A stretch of 64,000 nucleotides of DNA, from NCBI RefSeq assembly GCF_018977255.1, contig NW_024704743.1, positions 96,908,001 to 96,972,000 on the forward strand, in the 5' to 3' direction. Position numbers and translations under genes: made by a program. The notes under the pieces were generated by a model. The model made no database searches. It was not told the origin of the DNA and was given only the letters and a program-made list of their open reading frames with translations. Shown here piece by piece: positions 25,986 through 39,240 of this stretch. This DNA comes from Callorhinchus milii (taxonomy: Eukaryota). Within the stretch, counting starts at the first letter, position 1; each line of letters opens with the position of its first letter.

Positions 25986-28900
25986 TTGTTGCATGACTAG
26001 TTGTCAGGTGATGTGAGAAGCAAGTGTTGAAATCTGCCAAGTGGTACACAAGGACTGAATTGTTGGTTCTTAAACTCCTTTTAAACAGTGCAGATACGAC
26101 ACCCTTTTATTGTGTTTAAAGGTGTTATAATCAGAAATACAGAGAGTTGTGTAGCAAAGATGCATTTCTTGTCCAAATACTTTTTCATTCTACTCAGATG
26201 CACAGGAGGCTAAACTGGTAACAAAATTCTTATATGTGTAAGAATGGTGTTGAGGGAGCCTGGGGGTTGGGAAAATTTGCTTTCACCAACATAAATAGAT
26301 GAGAATTGAATGCAATCAACCTTACTTGCCTTGCAATAGAATTACTGTGAGTAAATGATTGCTCTCAAGGAATGCTTTCATGCCGTTTTGTATGTCATTG
26401 AAATGGATATTGAAATGGAGAATCAGTTGAGAGCATGATCCAAAGTTTCTATACATCTTATTCACACCTGTGTAATTCACAATTGTGTTTTTGAGTCGTT
26501 GCCAAATGCAACAATAAAAGGGGAGTCTTTCCAGTAATCCATCATGCACTTGACTATGCCAAATTATTTCAATCCACGTTGCAACACATTCTAAGTTAGT
26601 GTAGGTAGAATCGGCAGCTGGCTTCTCATCTTTCATATACTTCAATTCTTTGCAAATCTGGAATATATATTAGGTATATTATATTATAATATATATTATT
26701 ATTATATTAGGTCATTTTGTATTTTTAATTAGCAATAAGTACAAACACCTGTTTAATTGATGACCTGCGCGAATAATTTATATGCATGTTCTTACACAAA
26801 AGACCATATTTGTGGGGAGGAAGTGGGCTTATTCTTTCCTTGGTGTGAAACACTCTGATTGGTCTTTGACGCTGAATCTTCCTGTTTGTTTACACCATCT
26901 GGCGAATGGTATTAACTTTCAACACCAAGAAAAAGAGCCATAGTCATTCTTTCACTGATTAGATCTGGCAATGCCTCTTTGCTTCTGACTCCAATTTCTT
27001 CAACTTTCCTGGTCTCTTATTTTCCCCTCTGTCTCTATACCCACTAAATCAATGGATAACCATTCTTCATCTTCAACATATCATCTGCCTCTGTCCCTAT
27101 CTCAGACCTAATGAGGCCAAAACCCCTGTTCACGCCTTCACACGTACTTGACTTTTTAAATGCTTTTCTTGCAGCTTCCTCAGCTCCACCATTCAAGCTC
27201 TAGTTTATCCAAACCATGGCTGTCCTTGTTACCTGCACAAACCTTTGTCCTCGCCAGACTCCACTGGCTCCCAGCAGATTGATTTCAAAATCCTTGTTCT
27301 CGTCTGCCTTCGATGAAATCCCTTCATGGTCTCGCTCCTTGCTACCTCTGACCTTTTGCAGGTTTAGCTTTCCTACTCGTCCCACCGTTGGTGGCTGAGC
27401 CTTCAGTCCCTGAAACCCCCTCTCTTATCCCATCGGTTTTGTCCCTGCCCCCTCTGTCTCTAAAATCCATTTTAAAAACCTGCATATTCTACTGTGCCTA
27501 ATGTCGCCTCTTTTTTTACCCAGACTCAGTATCCGGCACTGTCTTCATAATGCACTCCCAGATGTTCCTCTATGCGAAGGACATTATATAAATCACAAGC
27601 TGCTTTTGTAGATAAAACTTTAAAACGGCCAATGCTTTGAATTAGCTGAGGCATGTTAGACATTAATTGCAGTGTGGCTTCATGTCACAAATATTTTGCC
27701 CTATAATATTCCAGAGTATCCTTTTTGCTTTTAAAATAGTCATACAGATGCACCTTCTTCCAAACATTTATTGGATCTGTGGGAAACCTGAAGTCGTAGG
27801 AACCAGAAAGGACCATTGCAATCCAAAGTTAATTTTAAAAAAGCTGTTCTTTCCAACAGTTGCATTACAGGATCATTCCTTGTGTAAAAGTGGTTATTTC
27901 TGTGTATATTCTCCAGAATACTTCCACAGGTTTTTTTCAGAAAACTCTTCACTTACAATACAGATCGTTAGTAATTGAAATCCCCAGGTACTTAAAGTAA
28001 ATTAGCTGCTAATCACTTACTGTTAATCACTTACTCGTGTTTAATTGCTTTGAAAACAAACATTTGTTTGAATGAGATCAGGAAAATGCTGTGGAATTTC
28101 TGTTGTAGTAACTTGACTAGTGGGATGCTACCTTGCACGAGGGGTGCTACATAAACACTCTGGGATGGTACCCTGCATGATGGGGGGGTTGGGGGCGGGG
28201 GGGAAGCCTTATCCATGGACGGAAAAGGATGGTGGAGGGCTTGATGGAGGGGAGAAGGATGCAACTGGAGAGGGACACGAAGAAATGGTCTGAGATGGCC
28301 TTTTCCGTGATGGATAGACTGGAGATATCTAAGCTGTGGTATAAATGCACATTGTTGTTGTTGTAGTGCACCATTCGTCATGCCGCAACAGGGCTTTGCT
28401 CTTGCTGCAGGGGAAAGTGGCTCTTTCCATGCTCTACCTCACCAAAATGTGTTTGAAAGTAAAATGTAGAGCATGTACCATTGCTCCCATCTGTAGGGAG
28501 ATATGGGTGGGAGCAATGAATATAATAATACTCGTTTGTCACCATATATTGGAGACTTAATATATGAGCCACAAGCCTAGAATCATAAGATTGCAGAAAT
28601 CTCCAGGCCCATTGAGTCTGAACCAGCTCTCAGAGCAAGTTGTACTTTCAATCCAACTTTCCTGACCTGTATCCAAGCTTCCAAGCTTATTGATGAGGGC
28701 AAAATAGCTCATATATTTTTATTTTATCAGTTTAACAAACCCAACAGAATTACATTTCGAGGTTTTTAACAGAGAAGATTTCATTTGCCAAACATTTTGA
28801 ATATTTGTTCAAAATTGCATTGTGCATTTATGTTCAAAACATTACTGGGAATGTGGGTGTCACTGTTACGGATTGAGTGCAGTTGTGCTGTAATTCTTTA

Positions 28901-31379
28901 TGAACACGATATACAAAAGTACATTCCAAGTCCATGGTTTTTTAAAAAAAACATATTCAGTTTCCAGTTCATCCAAATGAATGTTTCCAAGTTTCCAAAC
29001 CTGTCTCTCTAACCACTAACCACTACGGTTCTCTGTAGATGTGCTATATTCATTGGATTTCTTGCCTTGGTTATTGTAACCACAATAGCTGTGTGACCTT
29101 CCCTCGCCTTGGTATTGTTTGTGGTAATCAATGCAGTGTTGGTGCACCACTAAGTAGTCATTTAGATACTGATAAATGCAGTATGGACTTTAGGGTGTAT
29201 GACATATAGATGGTTTCTTAACAATTGAATGAAGGTCAATTGTTTGGAAATGAGCTTATCTGAATTGATAACAAATACTATAGTTCATTTTAGCCTGGAG
29301 TACTCTTCTAAGGGATGTTAAGGTTCAGTGGTTGGTTAGAACATCAGTTGGATGGAATTTCAACAACATTTTCCAAATGTAATCGCATGAATGTTGCTGC
29401 AGTGTATCTGTATAATAATAATCCTTGCATTTGATGTAGCGCCTTATCACGCCTTCTTGACTTTTCAAAACACTTCACAGAATATACTGTAAAGTGGATC
29501 GACTGTATGTTTTGTGGGCGAAAAGCAGCAGCCAATTGCGCACAGCAGTGTCCCACAAACACCAAATTATTCTCATCAAATTATTATTATTACTCAATAT
29601 GTACTTTTTTGACTAACCTGATAGACAATTTGCTCACAGCAATATCCCACAAATAATCATACAGTGAATAACAAGTTTTATTTGGGGGATTGTTGGCTGG
29701 GACAAAGGGAGAAAATCCCTTTTCTTTTCCAGCAGTACCATGGAAGCTTTAACGTCCACCTGCACAGACAGGTGGGACTTCAGTTTACCATCTCCTCTGA
29801 AGGACAATTGCTTTGAGACATTTTCCTACTTGGAAAGGTGTTCTGGAAGTGAAAGTTATTAACTTCATTTAGGTTATTTTGGTCACAAGGGAAGATTCAT
29901 CATTAGCATCCCATCTTCACTTTTATTCCGTTCACACCTTGATGAGGAGGTGCGAGTGGAAAGTGGCAGTGAATTGGATCGTGACCTTTGGCTCCACTTC
30001 TGGGCCTTTTTCACTAAAATGATCTAAAATTGAATTCTCACATCTGATATCTACAGGAAGTCTTTTTTACACACATGGTAAGTGCTTCTGTTTCCTTGAT
30101 AAATGGCCTCTCCAGTTCAGTTGCCTTGGAGGAATCCATGATTAATGCTGTTATGGTCCATAATGCTAAATGTAATACTAATCATTTTTGTAGTCATGAA
30201 ATTCTGATACATTTCTTTTCGCTTTTCGCTGCATTGAAATTTAATTTCCATTTCCTTTCAGTTGGCCATCTGTTTTAAACATTTTTTTTCTTGGGAAAAA
30301 TTTCTTCTGTAGTTTGTTTTTAAATCTTTCTCTTGAGTGCTGAGCACAGACTGAAAAATGTTGCTTAATTGATGGCACTTTATTTGGAAAATAATAGTTA
30401 GTATTCTCCCCTAAGAGGATGTGGATATTTGTTTTGGTACTGTGTAAAATAATTTTGACTGAACAGCAAACATAAGTAAGGCTTTACTGATTGAGAAGTA
30501 TATCTGGGTTTATTTATTTGTGGCTCTTACTTTTTATGTGGATGACTTTTTTTACAAAATTGTTACTCCCAAGGTTACCAAATATACTATCCATATGATT
30601 TAATGTCACTTTTTCCTCTTTCTCAGGGACACTGTTTTTGTTGGTGTTTGGCTGGTTTATTGATGTTCATGTCTACTGCATTTTCTTTAAACTTTCTGAC
30701 CAGCCTGGGATGTAAGCTAGTAAATCTGACCACGGTAAAAGATCGTGGGGACAGATTATTTTAAGCACAAGAAGGCTTCTGAGACTTGACTCTCTCGGAG
30801 TTGGGTTTCCAACAGCGCGGAAGCTTTAATTTCCTGATTGCTTCTTGATTAACATTTTCAAGGAACAGTTTGTATTTTGCCAACTATAAAATAATGGTAC
30901 ATGTGAATTTATAAACCTGATGAGAGCTAACTGATATCCAGAGTTGATTTTTGGAAGCTGAGGCAGATTGCCAGCAGCGGGGATAGCATTGCAAGGGCAC
31001 TACAGTTGTGGTTTAAACATAAGATGCTGCAAGCGACAAAGTGAAAGATAGAGAGATGTGATTGGAAACTGCATTGATGTCAAAAGCCAGTTAAGCCAGG
31101 AAATGGACAAGCTTTCTCTGTCTCTGAGCCTTTGCAAACATGGAAATATTTAATCATAGTCTGAGATCAGTTGTAAAGTGCAACAGCTGTGGAGAAGAAT
31201 GTCAAAATGCCATATGCTGCAATTGCATTATCCAAGGAATGGGAGGTAAAGGACACAGGCAGGAGACTGATCCTGTATAGATAGAAGTGAGTCCACAGTC
31301 CCAGACTCCCCTTAGAGCATCACAAGCCCTGGCAGTGATCTTGTATTTGGAAATAGTCAGATTCTGTATATTGTTTCAG

Positions 31380-33240
31380 AGCATCTACTATTTCCTTCCT
31401 GACTTCTCTCATCATTCATGGATGCTGCCATCAGGCCATGTTGACTTGTCCACTTTGAGTTCCAACAATGTTTTTAGCACCACTTCCTTTTCTATAGTTA
31501 CCTCTTTGAATATCTGCATATCCTTCTTGTGCATTTGTTTGGGTAAAAAACTGAAGCAAAATGCTTCTAGTAGCTGCTATGCCTTTGTTATCCATGACTA
31601 GATTTCTATTTCCAACTCTTAATTGGTCATACCTTTTCTTGAATTGTGCGTTTTTAGTTGATAAAATGCTATAGTGTGCACCCGTTATCTGCCAGTCTCT
31701 CCTCATTTCTAATCTTTGCCTTTCTAATCTCCATTTCTTCGCTTCTCTATTCTGTATTAAATTTTTCTTTTGTATTTATTTTTAGATTCATTGTATGCCT
31801 CACAAGACTTATTTTCATTTCACTACTCATCTAATGAACCATAGTTCCATAGCTGAATCCCTTTTCTTCTTACTTATGGATGATCTGTTCTTTATTCACA
31901 TTTGAAAGATCCCATAGCTCATCAACAATCCTTTCTACCAAGTTGATCTGTGCTAACTCCTTTCTCATTCCCTTAAAATTTGCACCCCAACTCTTCCTGT
32001 CAGATACCTCTGCCCTCCACTGTTTCCCCCCTCTGTTTTTTTTAAACAATAAATATAATAATATTGCAGGCACTGTTTGTTAGATGCACCCAACCCACCT
32101 TTATTTCATTTCCTAGAATAAGAATGAGATTTCCCTGCTTCAATTAAATTTGACTTAAATAATTGAGGAAACAATCCTGCTTGCATTGTAGAAAACACAT
32201 CTTTTTGGTCACTCGCTTTATCTTTGTCCCAGTTCCTGGAGAGTTGAAGTGACCAATTATTGTATAAAACGTTAACAACACAGAAACATGCCAATTGGCC
32301 CAACTAATCCATAAGCCTGTCATTTCTGTTTATGTCTCGAATTTGTCTATGGATCTCTTCCTTTCTCAATTCCACTATTCTGTGTTCTATAATATATTCT
32401 CAACAGAGAAATAATTCCTTTCTTATTTCTTAAGTCTATCCAGATAGATTCAGGCTTTTCACGAAACTTTCCATTGTCCTTTAGTTCCAGTGCTGCAATG
32501 GAATATTTGATTAATCCCTTTCCTATTTTCCCAACCCTGTCTTCTTTAAAAAATAGGTAACCTTGTCCTAGATTAAGCAAGATCTCTGATAATGCTACGT
32601 ATCATACCCATCGATTGCAGCTTGTGCCTACTAGCTACCAGTTTTGCTCTTTATACTTTCGGCAATAATGTACATTCACCTCAGATCTGCCTCTGTCCTC
32701 TTAGGTTTCCTTATAAATCCCCCCCCACTCTTGATCTAATCTCCGTTTCCTTTTATCTTTCCTATAACACCCCCGCCACCCCCAATGCTGTTTCCTTTCC
32801 ACTTCATCTTGTGCCCACACACACACACATAGAATATTGGTTTAAACTTGCAACCACCACAGCAAGGGATTTGATTGCCAACCCTATTCAGGTGAAGCCC
32901 CCACCCTGAACAGAAAAGCCTTTGTTCCCTCCTGCACCATCTCTCCAGCCGCACAAAATTTACCTCCCAAATCTTCCTAACCTGTGACATTGGGAGATTA
33001 CTACCCTTGAGATCCTACTCTTCAATCATCAATTCAATCCTAAATTTTGAAAATGCCTTTGCAGGACCTGAAAACTGACCTTTCCTATTTCCTTGGTTCC
33101 GATATGAACCATGACTTCTTGCTATTCACCTTCCCTCTTCACAGTCTTCTACATCTGCTCAGTTAAATCCTTTAGCTGTCCACCTGAAGGGCAAAACCAC
33201 AATCTGGTTTGGTTACCGAAGCACCTGTCTACTACCCTGA
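31380..33240 (-). mobile_element. Degenerate CR1 internal region (ORF1 end to ORF2 endonuclease)
   Basis: GLHLN (ORF1 esterase-like motif), YLFFKEDR..ESIWIDLRNKKG..YYR (endonuclease) and ANFKGMRKELA on the minus strand. Confidence 0.7.
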
Positions 33241-33259
33241 CTTGTAGAGTATGAGTATA

Positions 33260-33965
33260 CAACAACAACAATAACAGTTGTATAGCTCCCTTCATGTTGG
33301 AAAGATGTCCCAGGGCGCTGGACAATCGGGGGTTTTGGACCCGAGCTGGGAGTTGGGGTCAGAAGGGGAGGCGGGCAAGGGTGGCAGTGTGGCCGAAAGC
33401 GTGGCAGAAGAGGAAGATCTTCAGTCGGGATTTAAAGGAAGCAAGAGGTGGGGTGAGGAGGAGGGATTGTGGGACAGAGTTCCAGAGTGAGGGGGCAGAG
33501 ATGCTGAATGCCCAACTGTCAATGATGGGGCGGCAAGTGCGGTGTCCGTTGAGCGGAGGGAGCTGCCAGGCTGATATGGGGGTTATGAGGTCAGATAAGT
33601 AGTAGGGAGTAGGACCGTGGAGGGTAAGAACGAGGGTTTTGTACTCGATTCTCTGAGGAATGGGGAGCCAGTGAAGCCGGCAAGGATGGGGCGAAAGGTT
33701 TCTGGAGCTTGGTGTGGGAGAAGACACGAGCTACAGAGTACTGAATGCAACTTGTGAAGGGCAGAGTTGGGAAGTCCAGTGGGCAGGCAGTTGGCATAGT
33801 CATGGAACAGGATCTCAGCAGCCTGCGATGAGAGGCAGTGGCAGAGGTGGACAATGTTGCGGAGGTGTGGAAAGGTGGACTGGTTATGGCACGAATGTGG
33901 GGTTTGAAGGATAGCTGAGAGTCAAAAAGGACACCGAGGTTTCGGTGAAGAGGTGAGGTGAAGAG
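33260..33965 (-). mobile_element. L2 LINE 3' portion
   Basis: RNLGVLFDSQLSFKPHI and LHWLPIPQRIEYK...WNSVPQSL on the minus strand; (CAA)n tail at 33260. Confidence 0.88.
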
Positions 33966-36912
33966 TGTAGCCATCCATGGTATATTATCACTAGTGCTAA
34001 TATAACATCAGTAATAGCAACAACTTGTATTTATAAAGTGTTTTTCATGCAGGGTAATAGGGTAACATCTCAGTGTGCATATTATTGCTAGTATGTTTCT
34101 GGGCTTCTTTCTACCCCCTCCCCTCCTTTGGTAGCCACTTGCTCCAGAGTGCCATGACATTGCACTTAGTAAACCTCCATCTTGCCACACCAGTTTTTAA
34201 AAAAAGTTGTATTTGTGCAAATAGTTCATGTTTGCATGCGTTTATCATAATTCTGTCAAATATTGCAACTTTAGTAGTTTACGTATAGTTTAAACACCTC
34301 CTTTTTTAAAAAAAACGTATCTTTTGTAGAATGCAGATGTGTTGTGGGGAAATCAGTTTGTGACGTAGTACCTGGATGTAGTTTTAACTGAAATGAAAGA
34401 TGCAGGGATTTCTTTGCGTTTAAACAGTCTCTTTCTTACTTTCTTACTTCATTCCTCAATAAGAAAAAGAAAAGCATTCCTGTAATAGATGGTGCCTAAT
34501 GTAAATCCAGAAATGTGTCCAGAGGCACACACAGAGCTTCCTCTCTTCACTTCTTGGCAGAGTTAAAAGTACTCACTGTGACTTGGTTCATACACCTCGT
34601 CACGGTTTAAAACGGTTGGTTACTGGAGAACATCTCTTCTTGCATTCAAGTTATCTCGCAGGACACTCGGGAGTCTTAGTGCAATTTAAGCATGTACATA
34701 AAATCTGCTGCCAAGTTCAGACTGTACCCAAAAGCCCATACACTGAGCACCAACAGACCATATGCTGTTCTGCAATAGTTGCTGAAGTACCCTTTGATAA
34801 TGAAAGAAAATCTTGCTGAATATTCAATTCTCAAAGCAAGTTTCATCACCAAAGAGTTGGGTGCAGTGCAGTCACTGTGCTTAAACATTCTGTTCTAAGA
34901 CTTCTAGATTTTTGTACCTGTCTTGATTTAATCCCATGCACTCTGTACAATTAATTTGACCGTTAAGATTTAACCTAAGAATATTTTCCTGTTTGAATAT
35001 ATCCCATGAGTGCCTTTCTTTTAACATGTGAATATTTCTCCCCACCCAAAACAACTTTACCATGAAATATGTGCATCTGTCAGATTGTGGCTGATATCGT
35101 AGCTGTGTATCTTGAGTATCGAGTGCAGACACCTGGCATTCCATCATCAAAGCCTTAGTTCCTTAGTGAGTGAAGGTTCCTTATCCGTGACAGTGGTGCA
35201 GAGGAGGACATCGAAGGAAAGGTTCCTTTTAGTGGGTAACTTGGGGAAAAGAAAGGATGTCAGCAGGAAGATTCTTGAAGCCAAGGTTTGGTGTCCAAAT
35301 GTTCCATCACTGAGTCTGGAAGAACATGCAAGATTTTGAGCCCAAGTGAGGAAAACACTTTTCCACATCTTGCTTGTACTTTTTTTCTAAGGAAAGGGAG
35401 TATATTGCATTGGAAGAAGTCAGAACCCGTAGTTGTGTTAGAGCTAAATTCAAATATTGCAACTGGTGAATAAATTGGTCACCCGTTTTTGTGCACTTTT
35501 ATTCGTCATCCTGAAACTGTCCGACTAGGTCAAATATTGTCGTTTGTCAATCCATTGGTTGCTTCTAGTTCCAATTGTTCTAGATCTACATTGGGCATTT
35601 TTCTTTTTCTTTACGGCATTTAAATTTTAAAATGAGCCTCCTGACAAAAATACTACAGGGAAAAATTATTTGTGTGTAAGAATTTGTAGGGTTTGTTCTG
35701 TCAGGTCTCAGTTTATATTCAACTGGAAAATAAACATGAATCGCAGAACCTGAAAAGGCCATTCAGCCCATCGGGACCACTCTCTAAAAAATGTGCAAAG
35801 TCTGCCTTACTGCACTTTATTTCCTGACTATCCTGCTAAACATAGCCCCAATTTTATATTGTAAACATTCCAGGAGCTCAAGAGTAATGGAGCAAAAATG
35901 GAAGAAATGTTCACTAATTTATCCATCTCCGTATCACCACGATTGTAGACCCTGGTATTTCTTTCACAAGTAAACTAAGCAAGATGAATTTCAATGCAAT
36001 CCCATTTCAAGTAATCTATAATCACAGCAAAATAGGAACAGTTTAAAAATTTTAAAAGTAATTGTTTGTGTAAATTAATGAACAAATCTCAGATTATCGG
36101 ATCTCGGATTATAATTTGGTTTATTTAGATCTAATGGACCTGAGCTGCTGTTTTTGTCTGGAATTGATGTATCAATATATTTTAAGAGAAATCTTGAAAC
36201 ATGCACGAGGGAGATGGGAATAGAGGGGTATGGGAGAAGGGATTCGGGGGGATCGAGGCTCATGTGGAGTATAAACCCCATCATGGACTAATTCAGCTGA
36301 ATGGCCTGTTACCATGCGGTTTCCATTCTGGGTATGCTTCCTCGCTTTCACCACTTTTCAGCCGACAGACATCAGCAGAATTGAATGTAGTGCAGCAGTA
36401 ATTTTTTTTCTGTAGTACAACTAAGGGATTGCACTTAACAGGAAGTGTGCAAGAATTGCCAGGTTTGATGTTTGAACCGTAGATTTGTGGAACTCTCATC
36501 AGTTTGGTTTGTAGAGAGTTTCCATGTGTCATCATGACACTCGCCTGTCCAAAAAAAATGTTTGTTTTTTAAGCGTTGGCAGACCTTTACATTTTTTTCC
36601 AGGTCAGGCTGCAGGACCTGTTCCAGAGAAAGCAACCTTTTGAGCTGTGCAGTTATTAGCAAAGGACTATTACATTTTCAGTAACTGAGAAAAATAAGTT
36701 TCGGGTTGAATGAGAAAAGGAGTTGGATATTCATCCCAATTTATCAAACTTACTGCCATTATTAATAGTTTTCATTGAGACAGAAATTTGGGGGTATAAA
36801 TCTAACTTTCATTGATGCACTGCGGCAAACTGCAGAACAAGTTATTGGTGTGAAAAAAAATTGCATTTTGTATCAGCTGCTAATTTTGATGTTGTGGTTG
36901 TTGCATATAGAC

Positions 36913-39240
36913 CAGGGGTAGGCAAAAGGCGGTCCGCGGACCATATCCGGCCCGCCAAATGATTCTATCCGGCCTGTCATTGTGTCTAAATTTAAAAAAT
37001 TATAGTTCCTTCAGTCCCAGAAATTCACACAAATTTCCCCTTTGGAATCAGACAGGGAACATCAGCCAGTCATACTGCTTAGTTGTGCGCACGCTCCCTT
37101 AAGTGTTGAATCTGGCTGACGTCAGAAATGTACGGATCAGCAAATTTTCAAACGCACGAGGCAACCGCGGCAATACTTCTCACTGAAGAGGACGTTAATT
37201 TGAAATTAATTTATCAAAGAAGCGCAAAGTGAATGCTGAAAGCCGAATATTCAATAAAGAATGGACATCTAAATATTTTTTTACCAGTGTGGGTGGAAAA
37301 GCTGTGTGCTTAATTTGCAAAGAAAGTGCGGCAGTGCTCAAAGACTACAACTTGAATCGCAATTTTGAGAGCAAACATGCTTGCAAATATCAGAATGTTT
37401 CTGCCGAAGAAAAAGGAAAGAAAGCTGATCAGATGGTTATTTGAATGCAAAAACAGCAAAGCATTTTCACAAAACAATTTGTGTCCCAGGATGAGATTAC
37501 AAGAATGAGTTACGTGATTGCACACAAAATCGCCAAGAACAGCAAACCATTCTCTGAAGGAGAATTTATAAAGGAATGCATGGTTGACTGCCTCAATTTT
37601 ATGCCCAGACAAGAAAAACCAGTTTGCGAACATTAGTTTGTCAAGGCGAACTATTGTGAGACGTGTTGAGGATATCTCTGAAAACCTGTATCTGCTGTTA
37701 CAAAATAAAGTAAGCATTTTGCATGTTTTTCACTGGCACTCGATGAGAGTTGTGATGTCAAAGACACAGCCCAGTTGATAATTTTTATTCGAGGTATCAC
37801 CAAACATTTTTTTTGTTTGATGATACCAAACAATTCTTCTGATTCTTCTGCTCAGAGAAGAATTGGCATCAATGCAGTCAATGAAAGATACGACAACTGG
37901 AGAAGACCTTTTGGAGGTGTATCTTAAAATTAGGAGTGGAGTGGAAAAAATTAGTGAATGTGACCACTGATATAAGCCCAAATCTGACAGGCAAAAATGT
38001 TGGGTTACTGAAAAGAATTCAAGATCAAGTCAAAGAAACAAACCCAGAACAGAATATTATTTTTCGACACTGCATTATCCACCAAGAGGTCCTTTGTAAG
38101 AGTGTTTTAAAAGTAAGTAGTGTTGTGGACACAGTTATGAAAGTGGTCAACTACATTCGAGCAAGAGGATTAAACCACAGGCAATGTCACTCTGCTTGAG
38201 GAATTGGAATCTGAGCACACGGATGTTCTGTATCATACGAATGTAAAATGGCTTAGTTTAGGAAAGATCTTGAAAAGAATGTGGGAACTGAGAACAGAGA
38301 TTGATTTATTTTTGGGCATGAAACAAAAAGATTCAGATTTCCCACAGCTGAATTATCCAAATTGGCTCTCTGACTTCGCATTTGCCGTTGATAACATGGG
38401 CCACATGAATGAACTGAATTCAAAACTACAACGGAAGGGGACCTTTGTGCAAGATATGGTTCGTCATTTATGACAAAATTATTTCTTTTATCGTGTCAGA
38501 CAGGAAACGGGCTGTTCGCCCACTTTCCAACTTTGCAGCAGATTACTGTTTGCAATCAAAGCCTTAAAAAGTATACTTCGTCACTACTTGACTTACATGC
38601 CAAATTTTCTCGCCAGTTCCAGGATTTCAATTTGATCGAAAATGACCTGACTTTGGTCTCTTCATCTTTCTCATTTGATGTTGACAAAGCCCCATTTGAC
38701 CTCCAACTCAAGCTTATTGACCTGCAATGTGATCCATTGCTTGCGGAGCAATTCAAATCAGTGCCGCTTCCCAGTTTTTACGCCGCTCTTAATGAATATA
38801 CCTTTCCAAAAATAAAGGCTCATGCACGGAGGATGCTTGTGCTGTTTGGATCAACATACATATACGAGGAGACATTTTCGGTGATGAAATTCAATAAATC
38901 AAAACATAGATCTGCGATGACTGATGACCACCTTGCAGCAGTACTCCGCATTGCAACAACGGAGACGATGCCTGACTTCATTTGTCTGTTTAACGCACAT
39001 CAGCGCTTTCATTCTTCCCATTGAGTGAGCTTCTCATATTCTCATCAATATGTGAATAATTAATAAATATTGAATAAATGTCTGCTCAATGAGTTGTTTT
39101 TGTTTAACCTAATTTTAATGAATGTCAATTATATAGACTTTATTTTCTGCATGTACAAATGTAAGACTTGATTTTGAGCTATTATTAAGCATTTGTATCT
39201 ATATTGAGTGCGTGGCCCGCAAACCTTACCAAAACTGGAC
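36913..39240 (+). mobile_element. Decayed hAT DNA transposon (Buster/Charlie, GTF2IRD2-like transposase pseudogene)
   Basis: Left end CAGGGGTAGGCAA preceded by the Charlie-like target atatagac. Fragmented ORFs from ~37217 to 39024 give a BED-finger (CLIC..KDYNLNRNFESKH), LALDES (first catalytic D), VTTD (second D), CIIH (CxxH), VKWLS and FGSTYIYEETFS (catalytic E, dimerisation region). Stops and frameshifts are present; no right TIR recognised. Confidence 0.9.

Noticed and set aside
39131..39138. atatagac matching the 8-mer left of the hAT TIR
   Set aside because: Not preceded by a TIR, and subterminal-like tggcccgc lies further right; probably chance rather than the TSD.
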